A DNA stretch of 64,000 bases from Octopus vulgaris (GCA_951406725.2 OX597814.1:161200001-161264000), one strand, 5' to 3'. Positions 12,015 to 25,350 are shown, numbered from the stretch's first letter. Notes: generated by a model from the letters alone, not told the origin. A program made the numbers and translations.

Positions 12015-12492
12015 TTATTAGCTATAGTCTGCCTTGTTGAAAATAGTTGTTGTGCTAACTTTAGAACTGAATAGTTATGAAAAAACATCTATCTATAACA
12101 ACAGACGTTTTAAACAATTCTTATGTACGCATCTAAAATTCATAATTTCAACAAAAATTATTGTAAATATCGAAAAAGGAATAAACATGATACTGAACAT
12201 AAAGTAGTTCTTTTGATTGATTTATTTATTTATAGGTTTAATTATTTTCTATTACCTTTTGTTAACAATAGAGTTGTTGGTTACAAGTTTTCAATGGGTT
12301 GGACACCGGTTCACTGCATTTATGTTGGTGAGAGTGACTTAGGATTGTCAGTGCAACTCAGGCAGAACAAATATTATAAAAGGTCCTGTTTCAATGCACC
12401 CGTTTATCGATCTTTCTTTACCGCTGTGTACAACTTTCTGTAAGATATACCAGCAAAAATTATACATTTCAATACAAACTTATGTGTGTACT

Positions 12493-12550
<58 letters not shown>

Positions 12551-13779
12551 TGTATATACATGTGTATGTATATACACTCTGAAAAATGGTTGGCGTTAGG
12601 TAAGGCATCAAATTCTAGAAATGAAGCCAAAAATGAAGGACATGAATAAAATGCTATCTCCTCTGCTATTTAGGCAAGCGGTACTCCCAAATATGGCTGA
12701 CTATGGCTATGGCAACCAAACCAACCCATGCTCCATGGAAAGTGGGCATAACATGTTGATGATGACAATAATGATGATGATGAATAATGATACTGACGAT
12801 GATGATGTTGATGACAATGATGATAGTGATGATTAAGCTACTTGCGAAAACAATAGGTGAGAGAAAGATGAATATGAATAATGGATATCCTAGGGGAAAG
12901 GGAGTGATGGTTGGCAGCATGGACAGGGCAACGGCATGGGTTGGACGGTTGGATGGGTTGGAAGGCTGCACCAGGCTCCAATCTGATCTGGCAGTTTCTA
13001 CAGCTGGATGCCCTTCCTAACGCATAGAGAGAGAGAAATTTGTGCTCATATAATATGGATACATATACATACATGCATATATATATATATATGTGGGTTA
13101 TATATATATATATATGTTTGTGTGTGTGTGTGTATATATGTACATACACACTCATATACAATTATATTCTTGTGAAAACATATGTAGGATTTTTGTATTA
13201 AAGAATAGAGTTCAAAAGAATAAACTTGCCTACCAAAGCTCAAATCTTTTCAAAAAATTTTGTATATTCTTATATTATATTTTCGCAACACTGACTAATA
13301 ACCATAGCAAACCATGCACACACATGTATACATGCATGCACAGACACACACATACAAATACACATATATGCACCAATGATTCTCTAATTTTTTATGCATA
13401 TTTGATTTTAAGTATACTTTTATCTATAATACATAAATGCAGATGAATAAATATATGCACAAAAACGCAATTTCTCTCTCTCTCTTTCTCTCTCTCTCTC
13501 ACTCTCAAACATTAAAATAAACATGTAATGTAATATTGTAATGCTTTTATAGATATGCACTAAGGTATATATATTATAATACACACACATATATTGTTGA
13601 TGAGAAAATACAACATCTACAAATTTTTTAAAATAAAAATATGTTCATTTTGTTAAAATCAAATCATTTATTGAACAGTGATTTTAAAAAAATAAATACA
13701 ACATAAGTTTATTTAAAATCAAAATTCATAAACCAATTCTTCTGGTATATTTATTTTGTAAGTTTTTAATCCTTTTAAT

Positions 13780-14220
13780 TGTACATCCAGAAAGCTGTAA
13801 ATTGCACCATTCTTCCTGTTTTACCACACAGAGATTTCTTGACTTTTAGAAGTTCTTGAATTTAGCTCAGTTTTAATGATCTGCATCAATTTTCAATTGT
13901 GTTCAGATCTGGAGAAAATTCAGACCAAAAGAAGGATTCTTTGTTTGATAATCTGAGAGAAATATTTTAACTGATTTTGTGAAATCAACAGGAATCTCAT
14001 AATCTGCATTGCCAATGAGGAATGGTGAGCAAGCTGTTGTATGAAGAAAAGAAGAAATGTTATATGGAATTTCTTGAAATATTATGACATTTTCTTTGCA
14101 AAGAATGAGTGGTTGAAAGCTTTCAATATTGAAACAGTCCTTACTATTATCATGCCACTACCTCTAAATTTCCTTCCCTTTAGTCAGCAAATTTCATTAT
14201 ATATTCTTAGATGTCTGTAA
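13780..14220 (-). pseudogene. Degenerate Tc1-family transposase remnant
   Basis: Minus strand 13927-13889 reads WSEFSPDLNTIEN (consensus WPxxSPDLNPIEN); upstream KFRGSGM resembles KxGGGSxM. Confidence 0.6.
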
Positions 14221-14593
14221 CAGAAAAAGGGGAAATATCTGGGAGGAGAGGAAAATATCCAAGTGAAGGGACAACATTGAAGTATTTGAAGATAATTGCA
14301 AAAAGAAAGAGAAATGAAACACTGTAAAAAAAAATTGGTTTGGGGAGAAATCATCTGATCATAAAAATGAAATTATAAGAAACGAAAATGTCTATTGCTA
14401 TTTTCTTATATTTTGTGGGGAGTGGGGATTAAGGATTTTGAAGTAGTTCTAGTTTTTGATAATATCTTCTTTTTGTCGGAGATATGTGTGTGGGTATAAC
14501 TGTATAAATTGTTATGAATATGCATGCTGGAATGGAAAAAGGACAACTACCACTTTAGATGTTTCCTATGCCAATTTATAAATTGCCCCACCA

Positions 14594-14843
14594 ATGTGGA
14601 TTGAGTCAAAATTATGATTATTGTTGTTTAGCTCAAGGGTAGTCCTGAAGGAACAGTAAGATCTGTGATGGGGGGCATTCCAGCATTGCTAGCTTTAGAT
14701 GAAGAGATCCCTGGGTTTATGTGGATTGAGTCAAAATTATGATTATTGTTGTTTAGCTCAAGGGTAGTCCTGAAGGAACAGTAAGATCTGTGATGGGGGG
14801 CATTCCAGCATTGCTAGCTTTAGATGAAGAGATCCCTGGGTTT
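14594..14843. repeat. Perfect 125-bp tandem duplication
   Basis: 14594-14718 equals 14719-14843 by inspection. Confidence 0.92.
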
Positions 14844-15800
14844 ATTTCACATGTGAGGTGCTCTCTGAAAGGCCTATCATAAAGCCAAAATTAAAGTACA
14901 CCTTGACCAGAGGACCTTAGATTTTGAGGCCCTAGTTTTCAGACTACCAAGCCTATAGATAAATCTGGTACTGTGTTCTAACCATGACCACTTTATCTAT
15001 TATTTCAGACAGTGTATTAAGAACAATGTGATTTAATAGGTCCTTCTCTTTTTAAGATAGTTCAGTGTGATCTAAGTACAATTCTAGTGTAATTTTCTAA
15101 CAAATAAAGCAACCACATAGGTCTCATGTCATAGCAGTCCTTATTAGACAAACCTGTAATCAAAGGCATTCCAGCTGTAACCACCTTGACATTTTAGGGA
15201 TATGTCTAGAACTACATTACTCAATATGCCCTTCTCTTATTTAAGATTGTAACATTTGATTTGAGAGTGATTTGGCTATTATTTCTTGCAGGTTGAGCAA
15301 TTAATGAGTCCCTATATTTGATGAACACATTTAAATCTAATTAATATTAGTATTGCTATTAATTTACTGATATAAACAAGAGGAGTGCCTTATGGCACAT
15401 TATAATTTGTGCAACCTGAGGCTTAAATATGTGATGTTTATTTTTATATTTACTGTGAAATGTCTTGCTAATTATTTTCTTAGGTTTGTATTACATTAAA
15501 ATTATAATAATTATTTGTAATGAAAGCTAATTAAAATAAAATTAACTTACCACAGATATATATATATATATATATATATATTTAATGGAGACAATGAAGG
15601 TTTCTAAATGTGGTTGTTGACCTGAAATCTCTCTAAAATTACACCCAAGTGCCCTAGAGAAGATCATATTGGATAATGTTGCCTTGGTGCATTGAGCCAG
15701 GATAAAGCTTGGTTGGTCACTATTGGGATGTCTTTGATCATTCGTTTACTCAGTTAGGTCTGATTTGAGGCTAAGCAACAACAGCAAGAGTTAAATTTAA

Positions 15801-16018
15801 CCCTTTAAAGTTCAGATTATTCTATCAAACGTAATGTTTATTGATTTACATTGATTTGAATTAATCATGAATTAGCCCATATCTTCAAGATTTTGATGAT
15901 GCAATTATCTAATGTAGAATAACATTGTGGGTAGGTGTGAGAGCCTGGATCTGATCAGTTTTAACATAAGACAGATGGAATATTTTGGCCGGATATGGCT
16001 GGTTTAAATACTAAAGGG
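15801..16018. mobile_element. piggyBac-like MITE with TTAA target-site duplication
   Basis: TTAA|cccttta ... taaaggg|TTAA. Related copies at 16600-16790 and 25800-26177. Confidence 0.8.
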
Positions 16019-16072
16019 TTAAAGCATTTTAAAATAAATCTACACTCAAGGATATATGACATAATTTCTAGG

Positions 16073-16460
16073 TGTAGGCATGATTGTATGGTTAAGAAGC
16101 ATGCTTTTCAGTTGAGTGTTTTCAGGTTCAGTCCCACTGTGCTGCACCTTGGGGCATCCAATGCCTTGCAAGTGAACTTAGTAGACAGAAACTGTGTAGA
16201 AGCCCATTGTATACATATGTTTGTGTGTGTATGTTTATGTGTGTGTGTACATGTGTCTGTTTTTGTTTCTCCCTTCACAACCACTTGACAACCAGTGTTA
16301 GTTTGTTTATGTCCCTGTGACATAGCAATTTGGCAAAATAGATTTTAAAAAAAACAAGGACTAGGGTTAATCTTTAATCTATCCAACTAAAACCCTTCAA
16401 GGTTGTGCCCCAATATGGCTGCAGTTCAATGGCTTAAATAAGTAACAGATAAAAGATAAA
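16073..16460 (+). mobile_element. Degenerate family B SINE
   Basis: ggttcagtcccactgtg head, (TG)n core, tail ...aagtaacagataaaaga. Confidence 0.7.
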
Positions 16461-16599
16461 TATTTCTATTGGTCCCTTTTCTCTCTTTTCATTTCTTATT
16501 GATGACACTAAAGTGAAATTTTCATGTTATGGCTATTACATTTCAGAAAGCAAAAAAAAAAAAAGATCTTTAAAGAGAATCCATTGACAAGTAATTTAA

Positions 16600-16790
16600 T
16601 CCTTTAGCATTTAAACCAGCCATATCTTGCCCAAATATTCTACTTGTTTTATGTTCAAACTGGTCAGATCTGGCCTCTCACACCTACCTGGCAATGTCAT
16701 TTTAAAAATAAACAATCACATCTTTGAAATTTCTAAGCTACAGGATAATACGTGATCAGTTCAAAACAATATGAATAAATTAGTATTGCA
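16600..16790. mobile_element. Truncated piggyBac-like MITE, opposite orientation to 15801-16018
   Basis: ttaa-tcctttagcatttaaaccagccatatc... is the reverse complement of the 16018 end; interrupted by a SINE. Confidence 0.7.
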
Positions 16791-16794
16791 CATG

Positions 16795-17110
16795 GTTCTG
16801 CAGTTAGAGTGTTGGGTTCACAATCATGCGGTAGTGAGTTTGATTCCTAGACTGGGCTGTGCGTTGTGTTCTTGAGCAAGACACTGTATTTCACATTGCT
16901 CCAGTTCACTCAGCTGTAGAAATGAGTTGTGACATCACTGGTGTCAAATTGTATCAGTCTTTCCCATATCAGTGGCATATAGAGAGGTGGCTGGTATGCA
17001 TGGGCGACTGCTGGTCTTCCATAAACAATCTTGCCTGGACTTATACCTTGGAGAGTAACTTCCTAGGTGCAATCCCATGGTCATTCATGACTGAAGGAGG
17101 ATCTTTACCT
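16795..17110 (+). mobile_element. tRNA-derived SINE (family C)
   Basis: tRNA-like head (gttagagtgttgg...gagtttgattcc), then cttgagcaagacact...ccagttcactcagctgtagaaatgagt. Related copies at 3035-3245 and 31407-31625. Confidence 0.75.
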
Positions 17111-17138
17111 TTACATATATATATAAATATATATTTTT

Positions 17139-17180
17139 ACTAGCATTAAAGACCCGTCGTTGCCGGGTCATAGTGCTAGT
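17139..17180 (-). mobile_element. Helitron-type 3' terminus (GC hairpin followed by CTAG-T)
   Basis: gacccg-tcgttgc-cgggtc hairpin (17151-17169) flanked by actagca/tgctagt; fits the hairpin + CTRR Helitron end rule. Confidence 0.6.
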
Positions 17181-17707
17181 GCATGTATATATGTGTATAT
17201 ATATGTGTACATATTACATGTACATCTATATATATACATCTACACATAAAATACAAAATACAAAGTTATATCTTGATATTGCTAGTGATAACAATACTCA
17301 AAATATATAACAGACTGGAATTGTTAGCCCGTCTCTTGTAATTTCGATCAATTGTATCTTGTCCTCCCTCTTGTATAGAAGTGTGGCTACAATCCAGCCT
17401 ACCTCTACTTCTGGGGTGGGGGGACATTTTAAATTTTTTTCCGGGACGTCCTACATCCCAGATATAAAGGTAAAAATAAAATATTTCCACGTTGCAAGTT
17501 CAAGTCGAGTACTCCCTTGCACGCTCCATTGACTCGAACATGGTTTCTATTGTGGCGAATTTAGCACCTCTGGTTAGATATAGTCCTTTATGTATAATAG
17601 TCCATCTGGACTATTCCATTTCTGCATGCTAATTTTATTTTTAATTTATTCCCATTCATGTGAAACCACTTATTCAAGTTCAAATCATTGATGCAATTTT
17701 ATACCAA

Positions 17708-18298
17708 TTGCTATTTTTACTTTTGTTATGTTACTTCAGTTTGATTTTAATTATTACTTACTACATATAATTCAATTGTTATTATTATTTTTATTGTTAA
17801 AGTGAAAGTATCTGACATAAAATAGAGAAACGTTTTTGTTTCACTTTTAACACGTAATACTGAAATAGTGGAGAAGATATGATATTGCTATGGGCTCGCT
17901 CTAGACAAGAAGTTGAACATTTTTTTTGCCCATGAAACTACATGGACCCTAAGTAAGGCATGTGTAAAATTTGAATGTTGCTATTTTTACTTTTGTTATG
18001 TTACTTCAGTTTGATTTTAATTATTACTTACAACATATATTTTAATTGTTATTATTATTTTTATTGTTAAAGTGAAAGTATCTGACATAAAATAGAGAAA
18101 CGTTTTTGTTTCACTTTTAACATGTAATACTGAAATAGTGGAGAAGATATGATATTGCTATGGGCTCGCTCTAGGCAAGAAGTTGAACATTTTTTTTGCC
18201 CATGAAACTACATGTGTAAAATTTGAATGTTGCTATTTTTACTTTTGTTATGTTACTTCAGTTTGATTTTAATTATTACTTACTACATATAATTCAAT
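17708..18298. repeat. ~2.3 copies of a 270/252-bp tandem unit
   Basis: Units start at 17708, 17978 and 18230; the second lacks 18 bp between two catg motifs. Confidence 0.9.
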
Positions 18299-19509
18299 GA
18301 CATTATTAACTTCAAGAGCTAAGATTGGTGAATTAGCTTGTGGCTGTAGAGTTGCAAGTATATCTTCTTATTGGCTATGTTAGTCTCAGGGTAACATGGT
18401 ATATTCACTGCTCTACTAGATGGTAGAAGTATGGGACATTCATTTATCCATTGATTTGTGATTTAATCAAATAATGTGGGAAATATATTGTGCATTGACA
18501 GGGTGAATGTACATGTGAGTATATTTGAGGGAGAATTTAACTAAATTTGAATAAGACTTTTTACAAATATTTTTTTGTGTATAGTTTGCATCTGTGAAAA
18601 GTGATCCACTTAGTAGGTAGTAAGCTGGCATTTTGTATTTGAGTGACTATTGCAGGTCTACCACTTTATATTTGACAGAGTAATCTGAATGCTAAATAGT
18701 TAAATTGCTACTGCCTGCTGTTGTTACTGTTTAGCTCCTGGTCAGTCCTGTTGTAGTAGACCTGTGGCCAAAGACTTTCCAGACATAATCTTGGCTTTTC
18801 ATACATTCAACATTACATTAAACAACAGCCATTTCTTTTTAAGATGCTAGTGTGTAATCTGAGGGAGATTTGGTTGCTATTTCTAGCAGGTTCAGTGACA
18901 GTGCAAAGAAATTCTCCACTGTAGGCAACACTGAGTAAAATATATGAGTAATTTACTCCCAATGGCAATTAGTCAAGAGAAAGAACAAGGAACACTTAGC
19001 TATTTGAGGTTTCGCCATTAAATATAGCTTAATACCCAATGAACTTTTATTGAAATATTTTCACTTCATGTTGCTATTTTCTTTTGACAAATTTCATTTC
19101 TGGTTTTATATTCCACATATTTGTATTCGTTATTTGGGTAATTGATATTAATTTTATGCTCTAATTAATATTCTTGTTCTTAATAAATCTTTTGCTAGTT
19201 CAATTGAAGAACAATTAGCGAAGGAATTTATTTATTTATTTTTTTATTTTTTATTGGTTTGGAATGGAGTAAAAGTAATGTGCTCATAGATTTTGCAGGC
19301 CCTCTGAGACGAGATCAATGCATTTGATGTTTCTCTCTAACAGTTGCAAGTTGACAGCTTCAAGAAAAATATATGCAGGGACAGAATTCTAAAGGAGTGA
19401 TGTTTGGTGAAGAGAGGACTTATCACAAGGAGTGGTAGGGTGGTTGGGTATTCAAAATAGTTACACACACACGTGCATATATATATATATCATGAGCAGT
19501 ATATACATT

Positions 19510-19546
<37 letters not shown>

Positions 19547-19934
19547 ACACGTGCGTGTTTATGTGTGTGAGTATGTAAAACAGGCTAACATGGAAAAACA
19601 AATGTAAAACTGTGAAAGAATGAATATACACATAATTTTTACATGTACTTTTCTATGCTTGTATGGGTTGGATGAAATTTGTTGAGGCAGATTTTTCTTC
19701 AGCCATATGCCCTACTTGTCATGAGCCTCAGCTGTTTCCAAGCAAAGTAACATTTCCCCATGATCGGACATGTTTTTATGGAAGATTGGAAGCGAAGGAC
19801 ACATATTGTATGGCAGTGACACTCATTTACAGCCATCACACTGTGTCAGTGCAAGGCAACAGTAACATACGCATGCATGCATTCATACATACATTCATAC
19901 ATATATACATACATATATACGCACACATGCACAG

Positions 19935-20102
19935 GCATGACTGTGGTTAGAAGCTTGCTCCCCAACCACATGGTTCTGGGTTCGGTCCCACTGTGTGCCA
20001 CCTTAGGCAAGTGTCTTCTACTATAGCCTCAGGCCAACCAAAGCTTTGTGAGTGGATTTGGTAGATGGAAACTGAAAAGAAGACTGTTGTAATATATATA
20101 TA
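19935..20102 (+). mobile_element. Family B SINE head
   Basis: tgtggttagaagcttgctccccaaccacatggttctgggttcggtcccactg...gaaactgaaaagaagac then (TA)n. Confidence 0.8.
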
Positions 20103-20104
20103 TA

Positions 20105-20498
20105 TCAGGTCATCCCATAAGTTCTGTCCAAATTTTGAATAAAGAAAACAAGTGATCAAATGTTATATTTAATTGAAATTTAATCATCAATGTACTTTCC
20201 CTGATTATCTATGACTTCCTTCCATCTATTTACAAGTTTTTTAATCCCATCAATGTAAAACTCTTTTGGTTTCAAAGTGAAGAACTCTGAAATGTCAGTT
20301 TCGACCTCCTCCTGGCTTGCGAATGTTATGTTCCCCCAAATGATTCTGTAAACTATGAAACAAATGAGCAAGGTTGGGAGAATAAGGTAGATGAGGAATT
20401 TTTTCCCAACCAAGCTCTTCGATCTTCTGTGATGTGATTTTGCAGTGTGGGGTTGCGCATTGTCCTGATGAAACAAATGGCAAACCCAGCTGGTCACT

Positions 20499-20500
<2 letters not shown>
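20105..20500 (-). mobile_element. 5'-truncated mariner element (transposase C-terminus plus 3' TIR)
   Basis: LFHQDNAQPH, ELGWEKIPHLPYSPNLA, HLFHSLQNHL and FYIDGIKKLVNRWKEVIDNQGKYIDD across frameshifts; TA|tcaggtcatcccataagttctgtcc terminus at 20103-20130. Confidence 0.9.
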
Positions 20501-20540
<40 letters not shown>

Positions 20541-22019
20541 TGAGCTTTAGGACTGAACCCAGAACCTTATGGCTGAAAGCAAACTTATTACCACACACAC
20601 CTTTCTTTCTCTGAATTTGTATTGATCAATGTCCATTGCTTTCTTAAAGCAAATCATTAATGGTAACTGTTGAATACATCTATTGCCTATGGATATATCT
20701 TGGGTCTGCTTGCTCTCTGCAGTAGACCTGATATGTTGAACTACCAGGAATCATTATAAACATTAGTATGTTAGTTTACTTATCAGCACACTTGTATATA
20801 TGGATGCACATATGCATAGCGCAGCATTAGGCAGAGAGCTTAATGTGAGATTTGAGATTTGTTTGAGTCTTTGAATTCCTATTATTTCTACAAATTCCTC
20901 TATACCACTTATTTGGAGTGCTTATAACAGATAACTCACAACATGGAGATGATGCATATGGATTTCACACTAAAGGATATTTCCATCCTGCAATGTGATG
21001 AATGAACTAAGATCCTTTTATATGCAGGCTTATATGGAAGGCATACCATTTTGATAAAAGAACTCCAAACAAACCAAAGGAGAAGGGACAAAAGAGAAGC
21101 AACGAAAGGAAAGACGAATACATACATACATGCATACATACATACATACAAAATGTGCGTATATATGTGTGTATGTGTGTATATATGTGTATGCATATGT
21201 GTGTATATATTCTTATATTATTATATATATATGTTTATATTTACATATAATTCCCCGTTCCAAATTCCTCATCATAGTCACTGCTTTTTCTATTGATACA
21301 AAAGATACTAAAGCTAGTAAAAACATTAATTTTAAGATTTAATCTTTTATTAAAAAAGGAAGAAGGCTTTCAAAATCATTAAAGGCAACTGATGTAAGAT
21401 TATGGGATAAAGATTATAAATAGGAATCAAAACTGTGATGTGGTTTCAAGTAACCAAATGCTTATCTCTCATTATAATTTCAGAATTTGTCAAATTAATT
21501 TGAAGAAAGTATTACATAACCATCCTGACTGAAATGAAATATCTCTGTAGACATGTGATGTTATGAAAACAGTGACTAACATACATACTTGCTGACTATT
21601 TTTAATATATTTAGCTTTCAATATATATATATTTATGTATGTATGTATGTATGTATGTATGTATGTATGTATGTATGTATGTATGTACATATATATATAT
21701 ATATATATTTATACTCACACACATACATGCATATATATATATAAATATATAAATATATATATATATATATGTATTGATAAAAGGGTAAGATATATATATG
21801 TATGTGTATATATATATACATATATATGATAGTATATATATATATAGCATTCTCCACTACTACCACCACCACCCTCCACCCCACACTACAACCCCCGTCA
21901 CCTCTACAACCACCACTACCACCCGCTCTGTCACTGCTACTCTTCTCTCAAAGGTTTTGTGTAGTATTTTTCTAGATTAGTATGGGAAAAGCTGCAAACT
22001 TCAACAGCACATCTTATTG

Positions 22020-22230
22020 AAATCTGGAATGAGAATTTGGTTGAACTTCCTCCTCAAGAATTACTTACTAAACTAATTACTTGGATCAGCACTTTTGTTT
22101 CTAAGTTTTCTTCTACTAAAGTATGTGTAGACTGTGTACTAACTGTCCCCCACCTTATCAAATTAGGCGTTCTTCAAGGATCTATCAACACTTTGACATT
22201 TTTGCTTTCCATGTCAATGACTTGCTACCT
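22020..22230 (+). pseudogene. Degenerate RT fragment of CR1/Jockey-group LINE
   Basis: LITWISTFVS...VCVD...LGVLQGSI and frameshifted FHVNDL resemble WI.SFL...GVPQGS....LF..NDL. Confidence 0.65.
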
Positions 22231-22754
22231 CCTCCTTCTCCCCCTCCTCCTCCCTTCATCCTCCTAGTCGTCATCATCATCATCTCTCACATTGAAATAT
22301 CCATCTCAGTTAATTATGTCAGTCCCCATTCCTTTGTTTTTGTTTAATCATCAAAATCTTTTAATTACAATTTAAACATCTCCTTACATTAATTAGAGAT
22401 CAAGACTTAAATCACATTCTGTAGTGAAGTTTTGATAACCCTGGAACATTTAATAATACAAAAATTTAAACACTGTTCTTGTCCTGTACATGCAATCACT
22501 TTGCCAACATTCATTAACATTCTAATAAGTGAGCTTCAGTATTGGTGTTTGACCTGCTAGAAATAACAGTGAAATGTCTTTCAAATTACACACCACCCCT
22601 TAAGAATAGGACATATTGGATCATATGGCCTTGGGTAACTGTTTCTGAAGATATATTTATATAAAGAAAAAGAGCAAGATTATTCATGATTTGAATAACT
22701 TACTAAGGCCAATTTAGGTCGGAACGATGTTATCCCACTACTTCTTCATCACGA

Positions 22755-23150
22755 TCATCATCATTGTCATTATCATCACTTTATGTCTGTTTTCCATGTT
22801 GGTATGGGTTGGACAATTTGACAGGAGCTGGTGACCCAGAAGACTGTACTAGGCTTCATCTGTTTTGGCTTGGTTTTTACAGCTGGATACCCTTCCTAAT
22901 GCCAACCACCTTATGAAGTAGACTGAGTGATTTTATGTGGCACCAGCACTGGCAAAATCTATTTTGACCTAGTTTTTATAGCTGGATACCCTTCATAACG
23001 GCAACCACTTTACAGAGTGGCTTGGGTGCTTTTTATACAGCATCAGCACCAGTGAAATCTGCTTAGGCACAGTTTTACACTGGATGCCCTTCAAAACACC
23101 AACCACTTTACTGTGTGGACTGGATGCTTTTCATGTGGTACCAGCTGCAG
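22755..23150 (-). mobile_element. Degenerate RTE-type 3' UTR with three internal subrepeats
   Basis: (cat)n tail, ttccatgttggtatgggttggac, and three ctggatRcccttc...aaccac units. Confidence 0.65.
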
Positions 23151-23256
23151 TAGGGTCACTTAGTTACTCACAAGACAATGCAAATGCAAAGTATAAAATT
23201 GAAAATGTCATTATGACTACTGGAGGGAAACTAGTGTCAATATTCCTATAAACCAA

Positions 23257-23455
23257 GGCGGGGAAATGGCAGAATCTTTAGCACACCGGGGGAAATGCTT
23301 AGCTGCACTTTGTCCATCTTCTGGTTCTGAGTTCAAATTCCACCAAGGTCAACTTTGCCTTTCATCCTTTCAGGGTTGATCCAGTTGAGTACTGGGATTG
23401 ATATAATCGACTTACTCCCTCCCTGAAATTGCTGGCCTTGTGCCAACATTTGAAA
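23257..23455 (+). mobile_element. Family A SINE with ~20-bp target-site duplication
   Basis: tcaatattcctat(a/g)aaccaa at 23237-23256 and 23456-23475. Confidence 0.85.
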
Positions 23456-25229
23456 TCAATATTCCTATGAACCAAATGATATGAAAATGATTCTTCAAAT
23501 GAAGATATTTTATTTTCTTGTATCTAGAGAAGATATTTGATTTGTTTAATTGATTTTCTGATACAGTTGTTGTTTAACTACAAATCAATACTGATCAAAC
23601 AGACCTTTGATCAAAATCATCCAGCTATTACCAACTTTTCTTGAGGTATACAGTACCTCAAACTACATTATTTGTCCTTTTATATATTTTTTAACAGTAA
23701 TAGGCTGTAACTTATATCTAGCAGGTTGAATAAACATACAGAGGCTCACTCATTAACTCAAAATTCCCTTACTGGTGTTGGTGTGAGTTCCCTGTTGGCT
23801 TGTCTTGTTTTAGTAAAAGTAAGACATAGATCAGTGAAGGAAAAAATTAGATATATGAGAACTGTTTTCAGTAACCATTACAAATAACACTAGATAAAGA
23901 ATTTTCTACATGATTTGGTAACTATGCTAAAACAGACAGAAGAGCTTGTAGTCCTTTTGCCTGATGGCTTCTGTCTAACCAGACAACCCATGCCAGCATG
24001 GAAAGTGGATAGTAAATGATGTTGATGATGGTAATTATGGTAATTTTAAGAAATTATAATATAAAGATCAAATATTTAGAATTTAATGTAATTTGAAAAA
24101 TGCTTGTGCTGAATTTTACTGAAGACCAAAGAAAGTAACTTAACCAGTACCATTCAGTAATAGAACTTGATTATAATTTATAATTTTTCTTATAAATAAA
24201 CTTGATCCTTTTTTGATTTATGCTTGTTACTTTAGGAATGTGTTTAGTTAAAAGTTTATTTTCATATGGCAGAAAACCAGGCCAGAGCTGCGTGCAAAAA
24301 CTAATTTTATTAAGGAATATACTTTTTTAATTTTTTTAATTTCTCTTCATACATATAAGGTTTCTGGATTTCTTTCACATAATGGATTCTTTTGGAACAC
24401 GCACGCATGCATGCACACACACTCACACACATACATTCACACATGTATATATTACAAAGCTAGAATTGTTTAAATAAAGCAGGCTTCATTTTACAGACGC
24501 TTTTCTTTGTAAGAAGAAAATATTTTTATTTTCAAGTCTATTTGAAAAACAATTCAAAGAAGGGGAATATAAAATTCTATTGTTAACATGCCACTTAAGA
24601 AAAATAGAAATGTATTCATTTATTTCTGAATATACATATTATGCTTCTCTTAATTTTTTTTGAAATTTGATATAAGTATATTTTTAATGTTGAATGTAGC
24701 TTTCTTTTCTTTAGTTTGAATCTACTTAAAATCAAACTTTTTACTAAGCATAGTTTGCAAATCTGATGTAATAAGGATTAGTCTTGTTACTATGCTGAGG
24801 TTATGGGAAGTCTCTTTTTGAATATAATTTGTGTTGTAGTTGGATTTTTCAGAAGTGTAATGTAATTGTGTTTCTTTTTTTGTTTTTCTTCTGCATTTGT
24901 TTGGCAAGATTCTTGATGTGAAATTGTGTGTTAGCCGCTGTAGTTTCAGATCAAAGTGAATTCATAAGATTAAAATGTATACAAGTAACCTTAAAAATGA
25001 TTGGATATGAAGAGTAAGACCATCAACTAAGAAATCTTCCATACATGATGAGAATAAAGGATATCAAATTGCTAGAAAAGTATTTTGAAGTTGTGGCTAA
25101 TGTTAGCTTGGATGGAGATAAGCCAACTAAAATTTCTAGTGAGAGAGTTTGAAGAAATGATCAATTGCAATAACAGAAATAGTAAACCATTAGATCCATT
25201 GAACCTGTTATGGCAAAAACATGTGTGAA

Positions 25230-25350
25230 AATTTTGTCAGTGAACAGGTCATGGTCTCAAAGCGATGAAAATATTTTGGCAAATTTAATTTAAATGTTGA
25301 AGTGAATCTATTGGTTTTTCTGTGTTCTTAAATGACTTATAAACACCTTC
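25230..25350. mobile_element. Partial copy (one arm) of the palindromic MITE at 59507-60205
   Basis: aattttgtcagtgaacaggtc...aatttaaatgttgaagtgaatcta...ttataaacacc. Confidence 0.7.

Noticed and set aside
12123-12443. 106-aa ORF as a gene
   Set aside because: No recognisable domain; the paralogous copy at 50.1 kb has a stop and frameshift in the matching frame.
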